Virus record (IMG/VR): IMGVR_UViG_3300036823_000156
Coordinates: 1-64,000 of that record
Source: a virus
Direction: 5' to 3' (one strand)
Length of the DNA stretch: 64,000 nucleotides
Shown one piece after another: positions 10,188-20,108 of the stretch. Numbering within the stretch: the stretch's first letter is position 1; each line of letters opens with the position of its first letter. The notes beneath the pieces are model-generated. The model saw only the letters and a program-made list of their open reading frames with translations, searched no databases and was not told the origin of the DNA. The translations under genes and the position numbers were made by a program.

Positions 10188-12340
10188 TCAACCCCGGCGA
10201 CATCGCCACCTACCGCCCGACGATCCAGCGGGTCATCGACCACTTCAACGAGAAGATCCCCGAGTACGAGCGCGCCGCGGACTACTACAAGGGCGCGATC
10301 GGGGAGATCTTCGCCAACGAGCGGATCGCCGAGCTGATCGAGGACACCGGGGACGACTACCTGCTCAACTTCAGCGGCAAGGTCGTGGACGCGGTGCTGG
10401 ATCGGCTCTCGATCCAGTCGGTGATCGTGACCGACCCGCAGGACAACGCCATCACCCCGATCGAGAACTCCAGCCTGGACTTCTCCCCCTCCGGCGAGAT
10501 GGGCGACTCCACCCCCGTCCTGGCTGCCGGCCCCGGCCCGGAACCGGAGACCTCCCCGGCCGACGCGCTGGCGGCCGACCGGGCCCGGCACGCGATCGTG
10601 GGGCACCCGGATGACTCCCCCGACTCCCCCGACACGCCGCCGAGCCCGTCCCAGGTGGCCACCGCGCTCAACACCACCCCGGCCCCGCACGCGGCGGCCG
10701 ACCCGAACACCGCGCCGTCCACCGAGCACGTCGACGAGCACCTGCAGCAGACCTGGGTGCGGGTCTACAAGGCCAACAACCTCGCCAACTTCTTCCCCAA
10801 GTGGATCAAGAAGGCGGAGATCTACGGCGACGGGTACGCGTTGGCCTGGGACGACGGCACGCCCAACGGGGTGCTGACCCAGGTGCTGGACACCTGCACG
10901 ACGTGCGTGCTCTACGACGAGGAGAACGAGGACGTCGTCGTGTGCGGGGCCCGCTGGTGGGAGACCACCCACTCCTCGAAGCGGATGAACCTCTACTACG
11001 ACCACTGGATCGTCAAGCTGGTCACCAAGCCCAAGGCCGACGGCGAGAAGGCCGAGGACTACATCCCCTTCTACGACCCGACCGACCTGCCCGGTCACCC
11101 GGATCTGGACGCCGAGGGCGGCGATCCCGCGGCGCACGACCGGCTGCTGGAGCTGGGTTACCCCTACATCAACGCGCTGGTGCCCAGCCTGGCCGGGGGC
11201 AACCCGCCGCTGGTGATCGCCGAGGCGCTGGCCACCTCGATGACGCTGGAGACCTCGCCCGGTCAGCCGCAGGGTCGGGCCTACAACACCTCCATCCCCG
11301 GCGCCCCCGACGCCCCGGCCGCGCACAGTGTCTGGCCGGTCCCCAATCCCTACGGCCAGCAGCCGATCCACCACCTGCGCACCGACGACGACGCCTGCTA
11401 CGGCACGCCGGAGCACCGGTCCTCCTACGGCGCGCAGAACGGGATCAACAAGCTGGCGATCACGCTGATGGCGACCACCGACGCGTCGGGCTTCCCGAGC
11501 CGGTTCGGGTTGCAGAAGTCCGGCACGATCGACGACAACGCCTTCGACGACCCCGACGACGACGAGTCCCCGCCCGACGCCCGGCAGGCCACGATCGCCG
11601 ACGAGCCGGGCACGATCAACCTGCTCAAGGACGTCGACTCGGTCATCCAGCTGGCCGCCGCGGATCCGGAGAACTTCCTGAAGCCACTGGATTCTCTGGT
11701 CAAGTACATGTCCTTCGTGACGTCCACGCCGATGAGTTTCTACGACACGCTCGGGCAGATGCCCAGTGACTCCACGCAGCGGGAGAACACCGGGCCGCTC
11801 ATCCAGAAGTGCGACAAGCGCAAGCGGATCATGACGCCGACGCTGGAGCGGTACGTCACCTTCCTGTTCCAGGTGCTCACCCGCCGGGCGGTCTCGGTGC
11901 TGGTGCAGTGGGCGCAGAGCCAGGTGGTCAACGACCTGGCCGGGCTGCAGGTCATCACCGGCAAGATGTCGGCCGGCGTGCCGTGGGAGGTGGCGATGCA
12001 GGAGGCGGGCTACACCGAGGCCCAGATCGCCTCCTGGCCCAAGCCCTCGGCCGGGTTCACCGCGCAGGTCGCGATGGCCCTGCAGATCGCGCAGGCCGCC
12101 CAGGCCCTCGCGGCAGCCGCCGCCCCGCCCCCCGGCACTGCTGCTGCCCCCACCTCGACCCCGACCACCGACCCGGTCACCGGCGAGACCACGACCCCGG
12201 CCCCCCACCAAAATGTCGCCCCCGGACAGTCCGTGCTGGACATCCAGGACGCCCGTGACATGCTCAAGGCCATGATCGAGACCTTCCGCAAAACCCCGAT
12301 CGACGCGACCAGCCAGATGAATGTGAGCTTCCGTGGATAA
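10184..12340 (+). CDS. portal protein (SPP1 gp6-like) with large insertions
   Basis: Follows terL with GTGA overlap; N-term 'DYYKG', 'NFSGKVVDAVLDRL', 'IYGDGY', 'PNPYGQQPIHH' portal-like motifs. Confidence 0.8.
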   Translation: MINPGDIATYRPTIQRVIDHFNEKIPEYERAADYYKGAIGEIFANERIAELIEDTGDDYLLNFSGKVVDAVLDRLSIQSVIVTDPQDNAITPIENSSLDFSPSGEMGDSTPVLAAGPGPEPETSPADALAADRARHAIVGHPDDSPDSPDTPPSPSQVATALNTTPAPHAAADPNTAPSTEHVDEHLQQTWVRVYKANNLANFFPKWIKKAEIYGDGYALAWDDGTPNGVLTQVLDTCTTCVLYDEENEDVVVCGARWWETTHSSKRMNLYYDHWIVKLVTKPKADGEKAEDYIPFYDPTDLPGHPDLDAEGGDPAAHDRLLELGYPYINALVPSLAGGNPPLVIAEALATSMTLETSPGQPQGRAYNTSIPGAPDAPAAHSVWPVPNPYGQQPIHHLRTDDDACYGTPEHRSSYGAQNGINKLAITLMATTDASGFPSRFGLQKSGTIDDNAFDDPDDDESPPDARQATIADEPGTINLLKDVDSVIQLAAADPENFLKPLDSLVKYMSFVTSTPMSFYDTLGQMPSDSTQRENTGPLIQKCDKRKRIMTPTLERYVTFLFQVLTRRAVSVLVQWAQSQVVNDLAGLQVITGKMSAGVPWEVAMQEAGYTEAQIASWPKPSAGFTAQVAMALQIAQAAQALAAAAAPPPGTAAAPTSTPTTDPVTGETTTPAPHQNVAPGQSVLDIQDARDMLKAMIETFRKTPIDATSQMNVSFRG

Positions 12341-12695
12341 CCAGCCCTTTGCCACCGGCGACGAGCTGGAGGCCGCACAGCACCTGGTGGACGTGTGGCG
12401 GGCCAAGGAGTACCCGGGCGATCTGCCCGGCTCCGAATCCCTGCCCAGCCAGAACCCGACCTACCTGTTCGCCCGCGACCTGGAAGTGCTCAAGGTGCGC
12501 CTGCACGACACCGCCGCCGGTGTCGGACCGGGCGGCCCGGCCCAGACCTATGCCGGGGTCGTGTGCGTTGAGGGCGAGGTGGTCGGCGGCGAGGTCGTGC
12601 GTGCTTTCGCCGATCTGATGGACTTCTCTCCCGAACACCGCGCCGCCCTGCGCTGGGCCCGCCTGCACGACCGTCCCGAGTGGAATTCGCTGTAG
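12333..12695 (+). CDS. hypothetical protein
   Basis: ORF overlapping the portal stop codon. Confidence 0.5.
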   Translation: MDNQPFATGDELEAAQHLVDVWRAKEYPGDLPGSESLPSQNPTYLFARDLEVLKVRLHDTAAGVGPGGPAQTYAGVVCVEGEVVGGEVVRAFADLMDFSPEHRAALRWARLHDRPEWNSL

Positions 12696-12753
12696 CATCC
12701 GCACAACCGCACGCGCACCATTGCACACCCGTACATCCGAGGGGACACACACC

Positions 12754-13587
12754 ATGGCCACACGCGTGATCGACCCGGACCTGGAAGACGAGGCCGACGG
12801 CAACGTCGAAACCTCCATCACCGGCACCGAGGTCGACGACGAGGAGGACGACCTCGACCTCACCGAGGACGACGAGGAGGAGGACGAGGAGGACGACGCG
12901 TCCACCAAGACCACCAAGACGGCCAAACCCACCGTGGCCGGGTTGCAGAAGCAGCTGGACGCGGCCAAGGCGCGCGAGGCCAAGGCGATCGCCGCCGCCG
13001 TCCGGGAGCGCAAGACTCGCAAGGCCGGGGGCGTCAATCGCAACGGCAAGCCGGTCACGCCCGGCGGGGCCGAGAAGAAGGACGACCCCGAGGACCGCTC
13101 GACCTGGCCCGAGGCCGCCCGCAAGGCCGTCGAGAAGGCCGAGAAGGACTCCGCCGACCGGCAGGCCGACATCGACGCGGCCAACGCCCGGGAGGTCGAC
13201 TCGGCCATCCAGAACGGCCTCGTCGCGGCCGGGCTGAAGATCCCGACCGGCGCCGACGCCGAGGCCCGCCGCAAGCTGTTCAAGCGGGTCACCCGGATCA
13301 TGGACACCGAATCGATCGAGAAGGACGGCGACGGGGACATCGTCGGCGTCGAGGACGAGATCGAGCAGGTCAAGCTGATCCTGCCCGACCTGTTCGGCGA
13401 CCCGCCGGCCAGCCCGAGCACCACCACCCTCGTGCCGGCCGACGACAAGCCCAAGCCGAAGGTCAACCTCAACGGGGGCTCCGGCGCGGGCACCGGCCGC
13501 CCGGCCAACCGTGCCCCGGGCAGCTCGGCCGACGTCCTGCTGTCCAAGGAGTACGCCAACCGCAACAAGGGCAAGCAGGCGCAGTGA
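12754..13587 (+). CDS. capsid scaffolding protein
   Basis: Acidic N-terminus, coiled coil, 'LPDLFG' motif and Gly-rich tail; upstream of capsid gene. Confidence 0.75.
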   Translation: MATRVIDPDLEDEADGNVETSITGTEVDDEEDDLDLTEDDEEEDEEDDASTKTTKTAKPTVAGLQKQLDAAKAREAKAIAAAVRERKTRKAGGVNRNGKPVTPGGAEKKDDPEDRSTWPEAARKAVEKAEKDSADRQADIDAANAREVDSAIQNGLVAAGLKIPTGADAEARRKLFKRVTRIMDTESIEKDGDGDIVGVEDEIEQVKLILPDLFGDPPASPSTTTLVPADDKPKPKVNLNGGSGAGTGRPANRAPGSSADVLLSKEYANRNKGKQAQ

Positions 13588-14207
13588 CGCCCTCGATCAC
13601 CGTCTGCATCCCGACGCTGCCCGACCGGTATTCGTTGCTGCAGCGGGCGGTCGCCTCGATCCTGCAGCAGCGGCACGCGGGCTGCTCGGTCGATCTGGCC
13701 ATCGAGGCGGACATCCCGCCCTTCCGGGGTGCGGCGGCCACCCGGCACGCGGCGCTGCTGCGGGCCGACACCGAGTGGGTGTCCTTTTTGGACGACGACG
13801 ACGAGTGGCTGCCGCACCACCTGGTCACCGTCGTGGCGACCATCGCCGACTACGGGGAGCACCTGGACTTCCTGCACACCCGGCCGGTCATCTGCCGGGA
13901 CGGGGTCGACATGCCCGAGCTCACGCCGCTGAGTCCCGGGCAGATCAGCACGACGGTGACGGTGCGCCGGGAGCTGGCCCTGGAGGTGGGCGGCTTCACC
14001 GGCATCCCGGCGCTCGCGTCCGAGCGCCAGCCGGGCATCGGGGCCGGCGAGGACGGCATCTTCGCCGCCCGTTGCCAGCAGGCCGGAGCACTGATGCTCG
14101 ACCTGGAGGAGGTCACCTGGCGCTGGCACCACCATCGGTACCCGGGCAACACCTCCGGCAACCCGGCCAACGTGCGGCCGGCACCGATCCCGACTGCTCT
14201 ACACTGA
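13584..14207 (+). CDS. glycosyltransferase family 2 (GT-A)
   Basis: ITVCIPT, GAAATRH, WVSFLDDDDEW (DxD), GEDG. Confidence 0.85.
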   Translation: MTPSITVCIPTLPDRYSLLQRAVASILQQRHAGCSVDLAIEADIPPFRGAAATRHAALLRADTEWVSFLDDDDEWLPHHLVTVVATIADYGEHLDFLHTRPVICRDGVDMPELTPLSPGQISTTVTVRRELALEVGGFTGIPALASERQPGIGAGEDGIFAARCQQAGALMLDLEEVTWRWHHHRYPGNTSGNPANVRPAPIPTALH

Positions 14208-14211
14208 CACC

Positions 14212-14310
14212 GAGGCCCGCTCCCGAGCGAGTCCGGCTGCAGAGGGCCCACCCCGAGTGAGTTCGGCTGCAGAGGGCCGCTCCCGGGCGGGTCCGGCTGC
14301 AGCAGGCCCG
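14212..14310. repeat. ~30-bp tandem repeat, 3+ copies
   Basis: GAGG(G)CC(C)RCYCCGRGYGRGTYCGGCTGCA repeated three times. Confidence 0.75.
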
Positions 14311-14530
14311 GCCACTGGCATTCCGCGCGCGGGAATGTCAGTGCCGGGCTTTCTGCGTGCTGCCTTCTGCGTGCTATTCTGCGCACAAGCAGCAGCCCGC
14401 GGGTATGCGCCCGGTTCACCCTCCACACGAACCGTACGGCTCCGGACGGAGCGTCCACATGACATTCGTCCGTTGAGCCCCGCCGGAGCATCCGGTGCCG
14501 GCCACGGCCAGAGCACAGGAGCGCACCGGA

Positions 14531-15496
14531 ATGACGGTGAACACGCCCACCACGATCGAAGGCTGGGTCCAGGAGCAGCAGGGCAGCGACGTCATCCAGG
14601 CCGTCGCCAAGTCCTCGGTCGTGGACACCTACGGTCGCCCCGAGACGATGATCTCGGACACCAAGAAGGTCCCGCGGTCCGGCGACGTGCCGGTCACCGG
14701 TGTGGACAAGAACACGGTCTACGACTTCTCCGGCGACGACAACGACTCGATCCTGCTGACCGCCCGCAAGGCCGGCACGATCATCACGCTGGCCGACGAG
14801 GACATGAAGGACTCCTCGGTCGCGACGATCTCCACCAAGCAGACCGACTGGGCGCGCGGCTGGGGCAAGTATTTCGACAACGCCACGCTGGCGGTGACCG
14901 CGGTCGGCGACGGGTCGATCACCAAGCCGTACAACTCGCTGTACTACCAGCTCAAGACCGGCGGCGACGCGGCCGTGGGCTACACGGCCGGGGACAACTA
15001 CCTGTTCACCGCCAGTGGCCACATCGGCGCCACCTACGACAACTACTCCGAGCTGTTCGCGCTGGTGGAGGACTCCGACTGGTGGGAGGACGAGAACATG
15101 CTTCTCATCGCCCACTCGAAGTTCCGGGCCAGCCTGCGTGAGGTCAAGGACGGCCAGGAACGGCCGATCTTCGTGGCCGGCGCCGGCACCATCCCCGACA
15201 CCGTCTGGGACGTGCCGATCAAGTACTCGCGCGGCACCAAGACCTCGGCCACCGCGGTCTCCAACCCCAACGGTGCCGGCGGCGCCCCGGGCGTGGCGGG
15301 CAACCCGCTGCTGTTCCTGGTCAACACGCGCCTGCTGGTCGTGGGCAAGCGCTCGGGTCCGGAGTGGAAGTTCGCCGACGCCGACTCGGGTCCCGCGTTC
15401 ACCTCCGACCAGGCGATGCTCAAGGCCAGGGCCCGCCGGGGCTTCGGCTACGGCAACCTGTTCGGCGCAGCGGTGCTGGAGCTGGCGCAGAACTGA
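14531..15496 (+). CDS. major capsid protein (HK97 fold)
   Basis: 321 aa; 'ILLTARKAGTII', 'LREVKDGQERPIF', 'DQAMLKARARRGF' are typical HK97-type motifs. Confidence 0.88.
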   Translation: MTVNTPTTIEGWVQEQQGSDVIQAVAKSSVVDTYGRPETMISDTKKVPRSGDVPVTGVDKNTVYDFSGDDNDSILLTARKAGTIITLADEDMKDSSVATISTKQTDWARGWGKYFDNATLAVTAVGDGSITKPYNSLYYQLKTGGDAAVGYTAGDNYLFTASGHIGATYDNYSELFALVEDSDWWEDENMLLIAHSKFRASLREVKDGQERPIFVAGAGTIPDTVWDVPIKYSRGTKTSATAVSNPNGAGGAPGVAGNPLLFLVNTRLLVVGKRSGPEWKFADADSGPAFTSDQAMLKARARRGFGYGNLFGAAVLELAQN

Positions 15497-15653
15497 CCGG
15501 GTGAGCTGCCGCCGTGGCCTTTCGGCTCCTTCCAACACGGCGGCGGGCACCGGCCGGTTCGCCCGGCTCAGTTCGCGGCTTCCCCTCGGGGCTGCGGAAT
15601 GGCCCCGGCCGGTGCTACCCCACCCATGACCGCACGACGTGAAAGGACCCGCG

Positions 15654-16100
15654 ATGACCGCCTGGGCCACGCCGGAGGATGTGCAGCTGCGCACCGGCAA
15701 AGTGGTGTCCGAGGCCGACATCGTGCTGGCCCAGAACATCGTGGACGACTACGCCGGCATCGACTCGGACACCGTCGAGGTGGCGCTGATCTGGGCCAAG
15801 GACGCCAAGCGCCTGCTCAAGGCGACGGTGTACCAGGCGGCGTTCATGGCCAGCCAGGTCGACATCACCGGCCGGCAGGACGTCAAGGGCGTCGCGCAGG
15901 ACGGGGTCTCGGCCACCTTCGCCTACGACGGCTCCGTCGTGCTGGCCCCGCTGGCCCGCCGGTCGATCACCCAGCTGTCCTGGAAGCGTCCGCGCCCGCT
16001 GCGCGGTCGGGGCCGGGGCGGCGCGATGGGCATCCTCGAGCTGGCCACCGCGTGGCCGCGTGACGCCGAGCGGCCGGCCGCCGGCTGGCAGGGGTTCTGA
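15654..16100 (+). CDS. head-to-tail adaptor
   Basis: Position; 'WATPEDV', 'QDGVSAT', 'LAPLARR' pattern. Confidence 0.7.
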   Translation: MTAWATPEDVQLRTGKVVSEADIVLAQNIVDDYAGIDSDTVEVALIWAKDAKRLLKATVYQAAFMASQVDITGRQDVKGVAQDGVSATFAYDGSVVLAPLARRSITQLSWKRPRPLRGRGRGGAMGILELATAWPRDAERPAAGWQGF

Positions 16101-16441
16101 TGTACGCGATGCCCAACTGCCGGGTCGACGTGCACGCCGCGCTGGTCGAGGACGCCGACGGCGACACCGTCCAGGCCACCGACGACGTCACGCCCCGCCT
16201 GCGCGCGGTGCCGATGTCCATCCTGGAACGCACCAAGCGCACCTTCTCGCCCGCCACCCTCACCCCGCAGACGATCCGGGTCACCACCGGGCGCTGCGAC
16301 CGCACCTACGACATCCACTCCGAGGACATGCTGCACGACACCACCCACGACCGCTGGTACGCGATCGTCACCCAGACCGCGGGGGACTCGGCCGTCCTGG
16401 CCGGAGAACTCGTCCTCGAACTGCAACGCACTACCCGATGA
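16100..16441 (+). CDS. head-to-tail stopper
   Basis: Synteny and size. Confidence 0.6.
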   Translation: MYAMPNCRVDVHAALVEDADGDTVQATDDVTPRLRAVPMSILERTKRTFSPATLTPQTIRVTTGRCDRTYDIHSEDMLHDTTHDRWYAIVTQTAGDSAVLAGELVLELQRTTR

Positions 16442-16499
16442 CCCGCTGACAAAGCGGCCGAACACCACCCGCCCACCGACAAGGAGGCGAGACGAGACG

Positions 16500-16820
16500 A
16501 TGGCCAACGCCGGCATGACCGACGACTGGCGCGAGCAACTCGCGGCCAGGGTCGACACCTTCTTCGACACCCGCCTGGGCCCCGACATCGTCGAGGACGC
16601 CCAGCGCAACGCACCGGTGCTCACCGGTCGGCTGCGGGAGTCGATCGACCACAGCGTCGAGGACCACGAACTGCGGGTCACCGCACACACCGAGTACGCC
16701 GCCGCCGTCGAGAACGGCCACCGCGTCGTGGTGGACGGCCAGGACACCGGCAGGTTCGTCGAGCCGGATCCCTTCCTGCGCCCCGCCCTGTACAAGAAGC
16801 GGCGGTACCCGACGCGATGA
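16500..16820 (+). CDS. HK97 gp10-like neck protein
   Basis: APVLTGRLRESI, YAAAVENG, PFLRPAL. Confidence 0.8.
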   Translation: MANAGMTDDWREQLAARVDTFFDTRLGPDIVEDAQRNAPVLTGRLRESIDHSVEDHELRVTAHTEYAAAVENGHRVVVDGQDTGRFVEPDPFLRPALYKKRRYPTR

Positions 16821-17299
16821 CCGCTCCCGCCCTCGTGCTGGGCAACGACATCGTCGCCAAGGCCTGGCTGCGCTCGATCCCCCGAATCGCCGCGCTCAAC
16901 CCGGCCAGCCCGCCGGTGGGCATGACGCTGCCGGCCGGCGACCCGCCCTCCTGGGCCGACACCGGCTTCATCACCGTCCGCACGGTCGGCGGCACGCCCC
17001 ACGCGGACTTCGCGCTGCGAGCCCCGGTGTTCATGGTGCAGGCGGTCGCGGTGAAGTCGCGGGCCACCAAGGAGCCACCTTGGAACGTGGCCAGCAGGCT
17101 GGCCCAGTACGTGTTCGACGCCTGCTACGACGAGGCGCTCGTGCACGTCGACATCTCCGTCGTCGAGGGCAGCCGGGTCTACCCCGACGCGCACATCGTC
17201 GAGATCACGGCGCCCGCCACCGAGCCGCGGCCGATCACCAACGATCCGGCCGGTTTCGCCCGGTACACCCTGGACTTCGAGATGAGGTGGGTGGCATGA
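16817..17299 (+). CDS. tail terminator
   Basis: Synteny; 'ITVRTVGG', 'DPAGFARYTLD'. Confidence 0.65.
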   Translation: MTAPALVLGNDIVAKAWLRSIPRIAALNPASPPVGMTLPAGDPPSWADTGFITVRTVGGTPHADFALRAPVFMVQAVAVKSRATKEPPWNVASRLAQYVFDACYDEALVHVDISVVEGSRVYPDAHIVEITAPATEPRPITNDPAGFARYTLDFEMRWVA

Positions 17300-17745
17300 G
17301 CGCCCTCAAGCCGTTCCTGAACTCGCACTACTGGGGTCCGAACTGGGAAGAGGTCGTCAAGGCCCACCAGGTGCCCTCCGACCGGATCGTCTCGCTCTCA
17401 CAGGCCAAGGCCGACCCGCTCACGCGCTTCGACACCGAGAACTTCGGCCTGCAGCGCGAGCAGCACATCGGCGGCGTCCCCGGCCGGATCGGCGGCTGCC
17501 CGGCGCGGGTGCTCTACGCGCTACGGGGCGAGCGCTCGGGGCAGCTGCTGACGTGGAAGGGCCACTACGTCTTCGTGCACGACCAGCGCGACGAGCTGGA
17601 GTACCTCGTCCAGGGGCAGCTGCACGCCGAGATCCTGCCGCACGGCTTCCCGCGCGAGGACACGGTGTGGATCAAGGACCACCCGGATTTCCAGTCGGTC
17701 TGCTGGCCGTTGGATCACACCGAATTCCAGGATGGGAGGAAGTAG
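17296..17745 (+). CDS. hypothetical protein
   Basis: ATGA overlap with the upstream gene. Confidence 0.6.
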   Translation: MSALKPFLNSHYWGPNWEEVVKAHQVPSDRIVSLSQAKADPLTRFDTENFGLQREQHIGGVPGRIGGCPARVLYALRGERSGQLLTWKGHYVFVHDQRDELEYLVQGQLHAEILPHGFPREDTVWIKDHPDFQSVCWPLDHTEFQDGRK

Positions 17746-17955
17746 ATGACTGACGAGGACATGCCCGTCGAGGAGCCGGCCACGCCGCAGCACATCCACA
17801 AGGTGCGGCTCTCGTTCAACCCGCTCAAGTGGGTGCACGTGACCGAGGGCGAGCTGCACGACCACCGGACGTGGGGATCGTTGGTGGAGCTGTTCACCGG
17901 CGAGAAGGAGGCCAAGCCGGCCAAGACCGCCGCTCCCGCTCCCACCAAGGAGTAA
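17746..17955 (+). CDS. hypothetical protein
   Basis: GGGAGG RBS; operon context. Confidence 0.6.
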   Translation: MTDEDMPVEEPATPQHIHKVRLSFNPLKWVHVTEGELHDHRTWGSLVELFTGEKEAKPAKTAAPAPTKE

Positions 17956-17958
17956 CCG

Positions 17959-18198
17959 ATGGCGATCTCGGCGAAGAAGCGGCGCAGCCTGCCGCGGTCA
18001 GCGTTCGGGGTGCCGTCGAAGCGGAAGTACCCGCTGGACACCAGGAAGAGGGCGCGCAACGCCCTCGCCCGGGTGTCGCAGCACGGCACGGCGGCCCAGA
18101 AGAAAGCCGTCCGGGCCAAGGTTCGCAGGAAGTACCCGTCGATCACGGTGGCGGGGACGACGAAGCGGCGCGGTACGCGTCGCAGGAAGAAGAGGTAG
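17959..18198 (+). CDS. small highly basic protein
   Basis: AAGGAG RBS; K/R-rich; 'AF..P..RKYPLDT...ARNALARV' motif. Confidence 0.7.
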   Translation: MAISAKKRRSLPRSAFGVPSKRKYPLDTRKRARNALARVSQHGTAAQKKAVRAKVRRKYPSITVAGTTKRRGTRRRKKR

Positions 18199-18204
18199 CG
18201 CGAG

Positions 18205-18525
18205 ATGCCCAGTCACGCCACTGCCCAGTTCAACAGCCACATCCGTCGCCGGCAGCTCGCCGGGGAGGACGTGCACGCCTCCGACCCGAAGTTCGTGCTG
18301 GAGGAGGGCGTGCCCTTCATCGACCCGCTGGACAACCCGGCCAGCCCGGCCGAGTTCCCGGCCACGCGCGAGCAGTACGCCCCGCCGGTGTCCCGCTTCG
18401 CCCCGCGCACCGCCGCGGAGCAGGAACAGGCCGCGGCCGAGTCCAGCGCTCGCCACGCGGCCGACGACGACGAGCAGGAGGAGGTCGCCCCCGATGGTGA
18501 CGAGGAAGAAGAAGTCGACGCGTAA
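18205..18525 (+). CDS. acidic hypothetical protein
   Basis: GAGG RBS; acidic tail. Confidence 0.6.
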   Translation: MPSHATAQFNSHIRRRQLAGEDVHASDPKFVLEEGVPFIDPLDNPASPAEFPATREQYAPPVSRFAPRTAAEQEQAAAESSARHAADDDEQEEVAPDGDEEEEVDA

Positions 18526-18616
18526 GGGCTCCAGCCCCGCGCAGAAGGCGGCCCGCGCCAAGTTCCTGAAGATGGTGCGGGCCAAGAAGAGCAAGAGCAA
18601 GAAGGGTAGCTACTGA
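18494..18616 (+). CDS. 40-aa lysine-rich protein (below ORF-track cutoff)
   Basis: MVTRKKKSTRKGSSPAQKAARAKFLKMVRAKKSKSKKGSY; GGAGG upstream. Confidence 0.55.
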   Translation: MVTRKKKSTRKGSSPAQKAARAKFLKMVRAKKSKSKKGSY

Positions 18617-18618
18617 CC

Positions 18619-18984
18619 ATGCGGAAACGGACCTTGATTGCTGTTCTGGCGATCGTGCTGGCTCTGGCCGGTGTGTTCGTCGGGACGGCATCGGCCGATC
18701 CTGTTGGTGGCACCACGCCCGACTCCGATGCGCAGATGTATCACTCGTGTTTCACGGCGAATGTCGTGGAGTACGAACGGGATGATATTGAGGCCGTGTG
18801 TACGGCGGTAATGACCCTGGGTGACACAGCTGTATGGGTGCCTCTTGTTGACGTTCCGGGACAGGGCCAGGTCGAACAATTCGGTCTCTGCGCAGTGCCT
18901 GGTGACAAGGGATTCATCGGAAGCGTCGACTATCTGTGTGTGCGAGCTTTTAACGCATACGCATTCATGCCGATAAATTACTAG
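18619..18984 (+). CDS. secreted protein (lower-GC insertion)
   Basis: Signal peptide MRKRTLIAVLAIVLALAGVFVGTASA; atypical codon usage; four Cys. Confidence 0.65.
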   Translation: MRKRTLIAVLAIVLALAGVFVGTASADPVGGTTPDSDAQMYHSCFTANVVEYERDDIEAVCTAVMTLGDTAVWVPLVDVPGQGQVEQFGLCAVPGDKGFIGSVDYLCVRAFNAYAFMPINY

Positions 18985-18994
18985 GAGGCAAACC

Positions 18995-19582
18995 ATGGCA
19001 ATCGTCGGCCAGACGATTACGGCGTTGGTCCAGGGCCCCGGAACGCTGTACAACGCGGCGTTCAACACCACCGAGCCGGCCGATTCCGCGGTCAACATCG
19101 CGCCCTCGGCGTCGGCGTCGGGCGGGTCCTGGACCAACGCAGGCTTCACCTCGGGCGGTATCCAGCTGGTCATCGACCAGACGTACTCCGAGCTGGACGC
19201 CGACCAGATCGTCGACTCGCCCGGACGACGCATCACCAAGCGCGAGATCACGGTGGGCACGCAGCTGGCCCAGCCCACGCTGGAGAACCTGGCGCTGGTC
19301 ATGAACGGCGGCACGGTCGCGACCGCGTCGGCGGTCAAGACCTTCGACCCGGCCACCGCGGTCTCGGCCACGCAGCCGCTGTACAACGCGATCATCCTGG
19401 ATGGATGGACGCCGGAGGGCAACGGTCTCAACCGGCGCTTCATCGGCCGGCGCGTGCTGTCGACGGACAAGATCACCGTCGACTACAAGAAGGACACCCA
19501 GACGTTCTTCTCGGTGCTGTGGAACCTGCACTACGTCACCAGCGTCATCCCGCTGTTTCACATGGTGGACCAGACTCCCTGA
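18995..19582 (+). CDS. major tail (tube) protein
   Basis: 'VQGPGTLY', 'GFTSGGI', 'LAQPTLENL'; AGGAGG RBS; precedes tail chaperone. Confidence 0.85.
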   Translation: MAIVGQTITALVQGPGTLYNAAFNTTEPADSAVNIAPSASASGGSWTNAGFTSGGIQLVIDQTYSELDADQIVDSPGRRITKREITVGTQLAQPTLENLALVMNGGTVATASAVKTFDPATAVSATQPLYNAIILDGWTPEGNGLNRRFIGRRVLSTDKITVDYKKDTQTFFSVLWNLHYVTSVIPLFHMVDQTP

Positions 19583-19652
19583 TCTGCCGCAACCACGCAA
19601 CACCAACGGGTGCGGCGGCGTGAGCCCCGCTCTCACCCAAGGAGAGAACGCA

Positions 19653-20108
19653 ATGCCACCGAGGACCAGAACCAACACCCGGCAGCGGCCCGGCAAGCCG
19701 GCGACCAAGACGGTCACCGTCCCGACGCCGATGCTGAGCGCCGCCGAGAACACGCACGAGATCGAGGTGCTCGACGAGGACCCGTTGGCGTTCACCACGA
19801 AGGTGGACCGTGCGGACAACCCGTTCGCCGAGCGGGAAAACGTCTTCCAGGTCGACGACACCTGGTACACCGCGCCGGTGCGGGTGCCGGCCGGCTGGGG
19901 ACTGCAGTACCTGCGCCTGAAGTCGCGAGCGGGCATCGACGCGGCCGTGGTGTGGGCGTTGGAGATCGCACTGGGCCCGGACGCGCTGGACGCGCTGGCC
20001 TCGGTTCCGGACCTGGACAGCGAACATCTGGACACGATCGCCCAACGGATCACGCAGAAGTTCGTGGACTCGACGAGCGTCCCAAAAGGAGAATTGAGGA
20101 GCGTATAA
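19653..20108 (+). CDS. tail assembly chaperone (G)
   Basis: Between tail tube and tape measure; ends in slippery site C CCA AAA. Confidence 0.8.
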   Translation: MPPRTRTNTRQRPGKPATKTVTVPTPMLSAAENTHEIEVLDEDPLAFTTKVDRADNPFAERENVFQVDDTWYTAPVRVPAGWGLQYLRLKSRAGIDAAVVWALEIALGPDALDALASVPDLDSEHLDTIAQRITQKFVDSTSVPKGELRSV

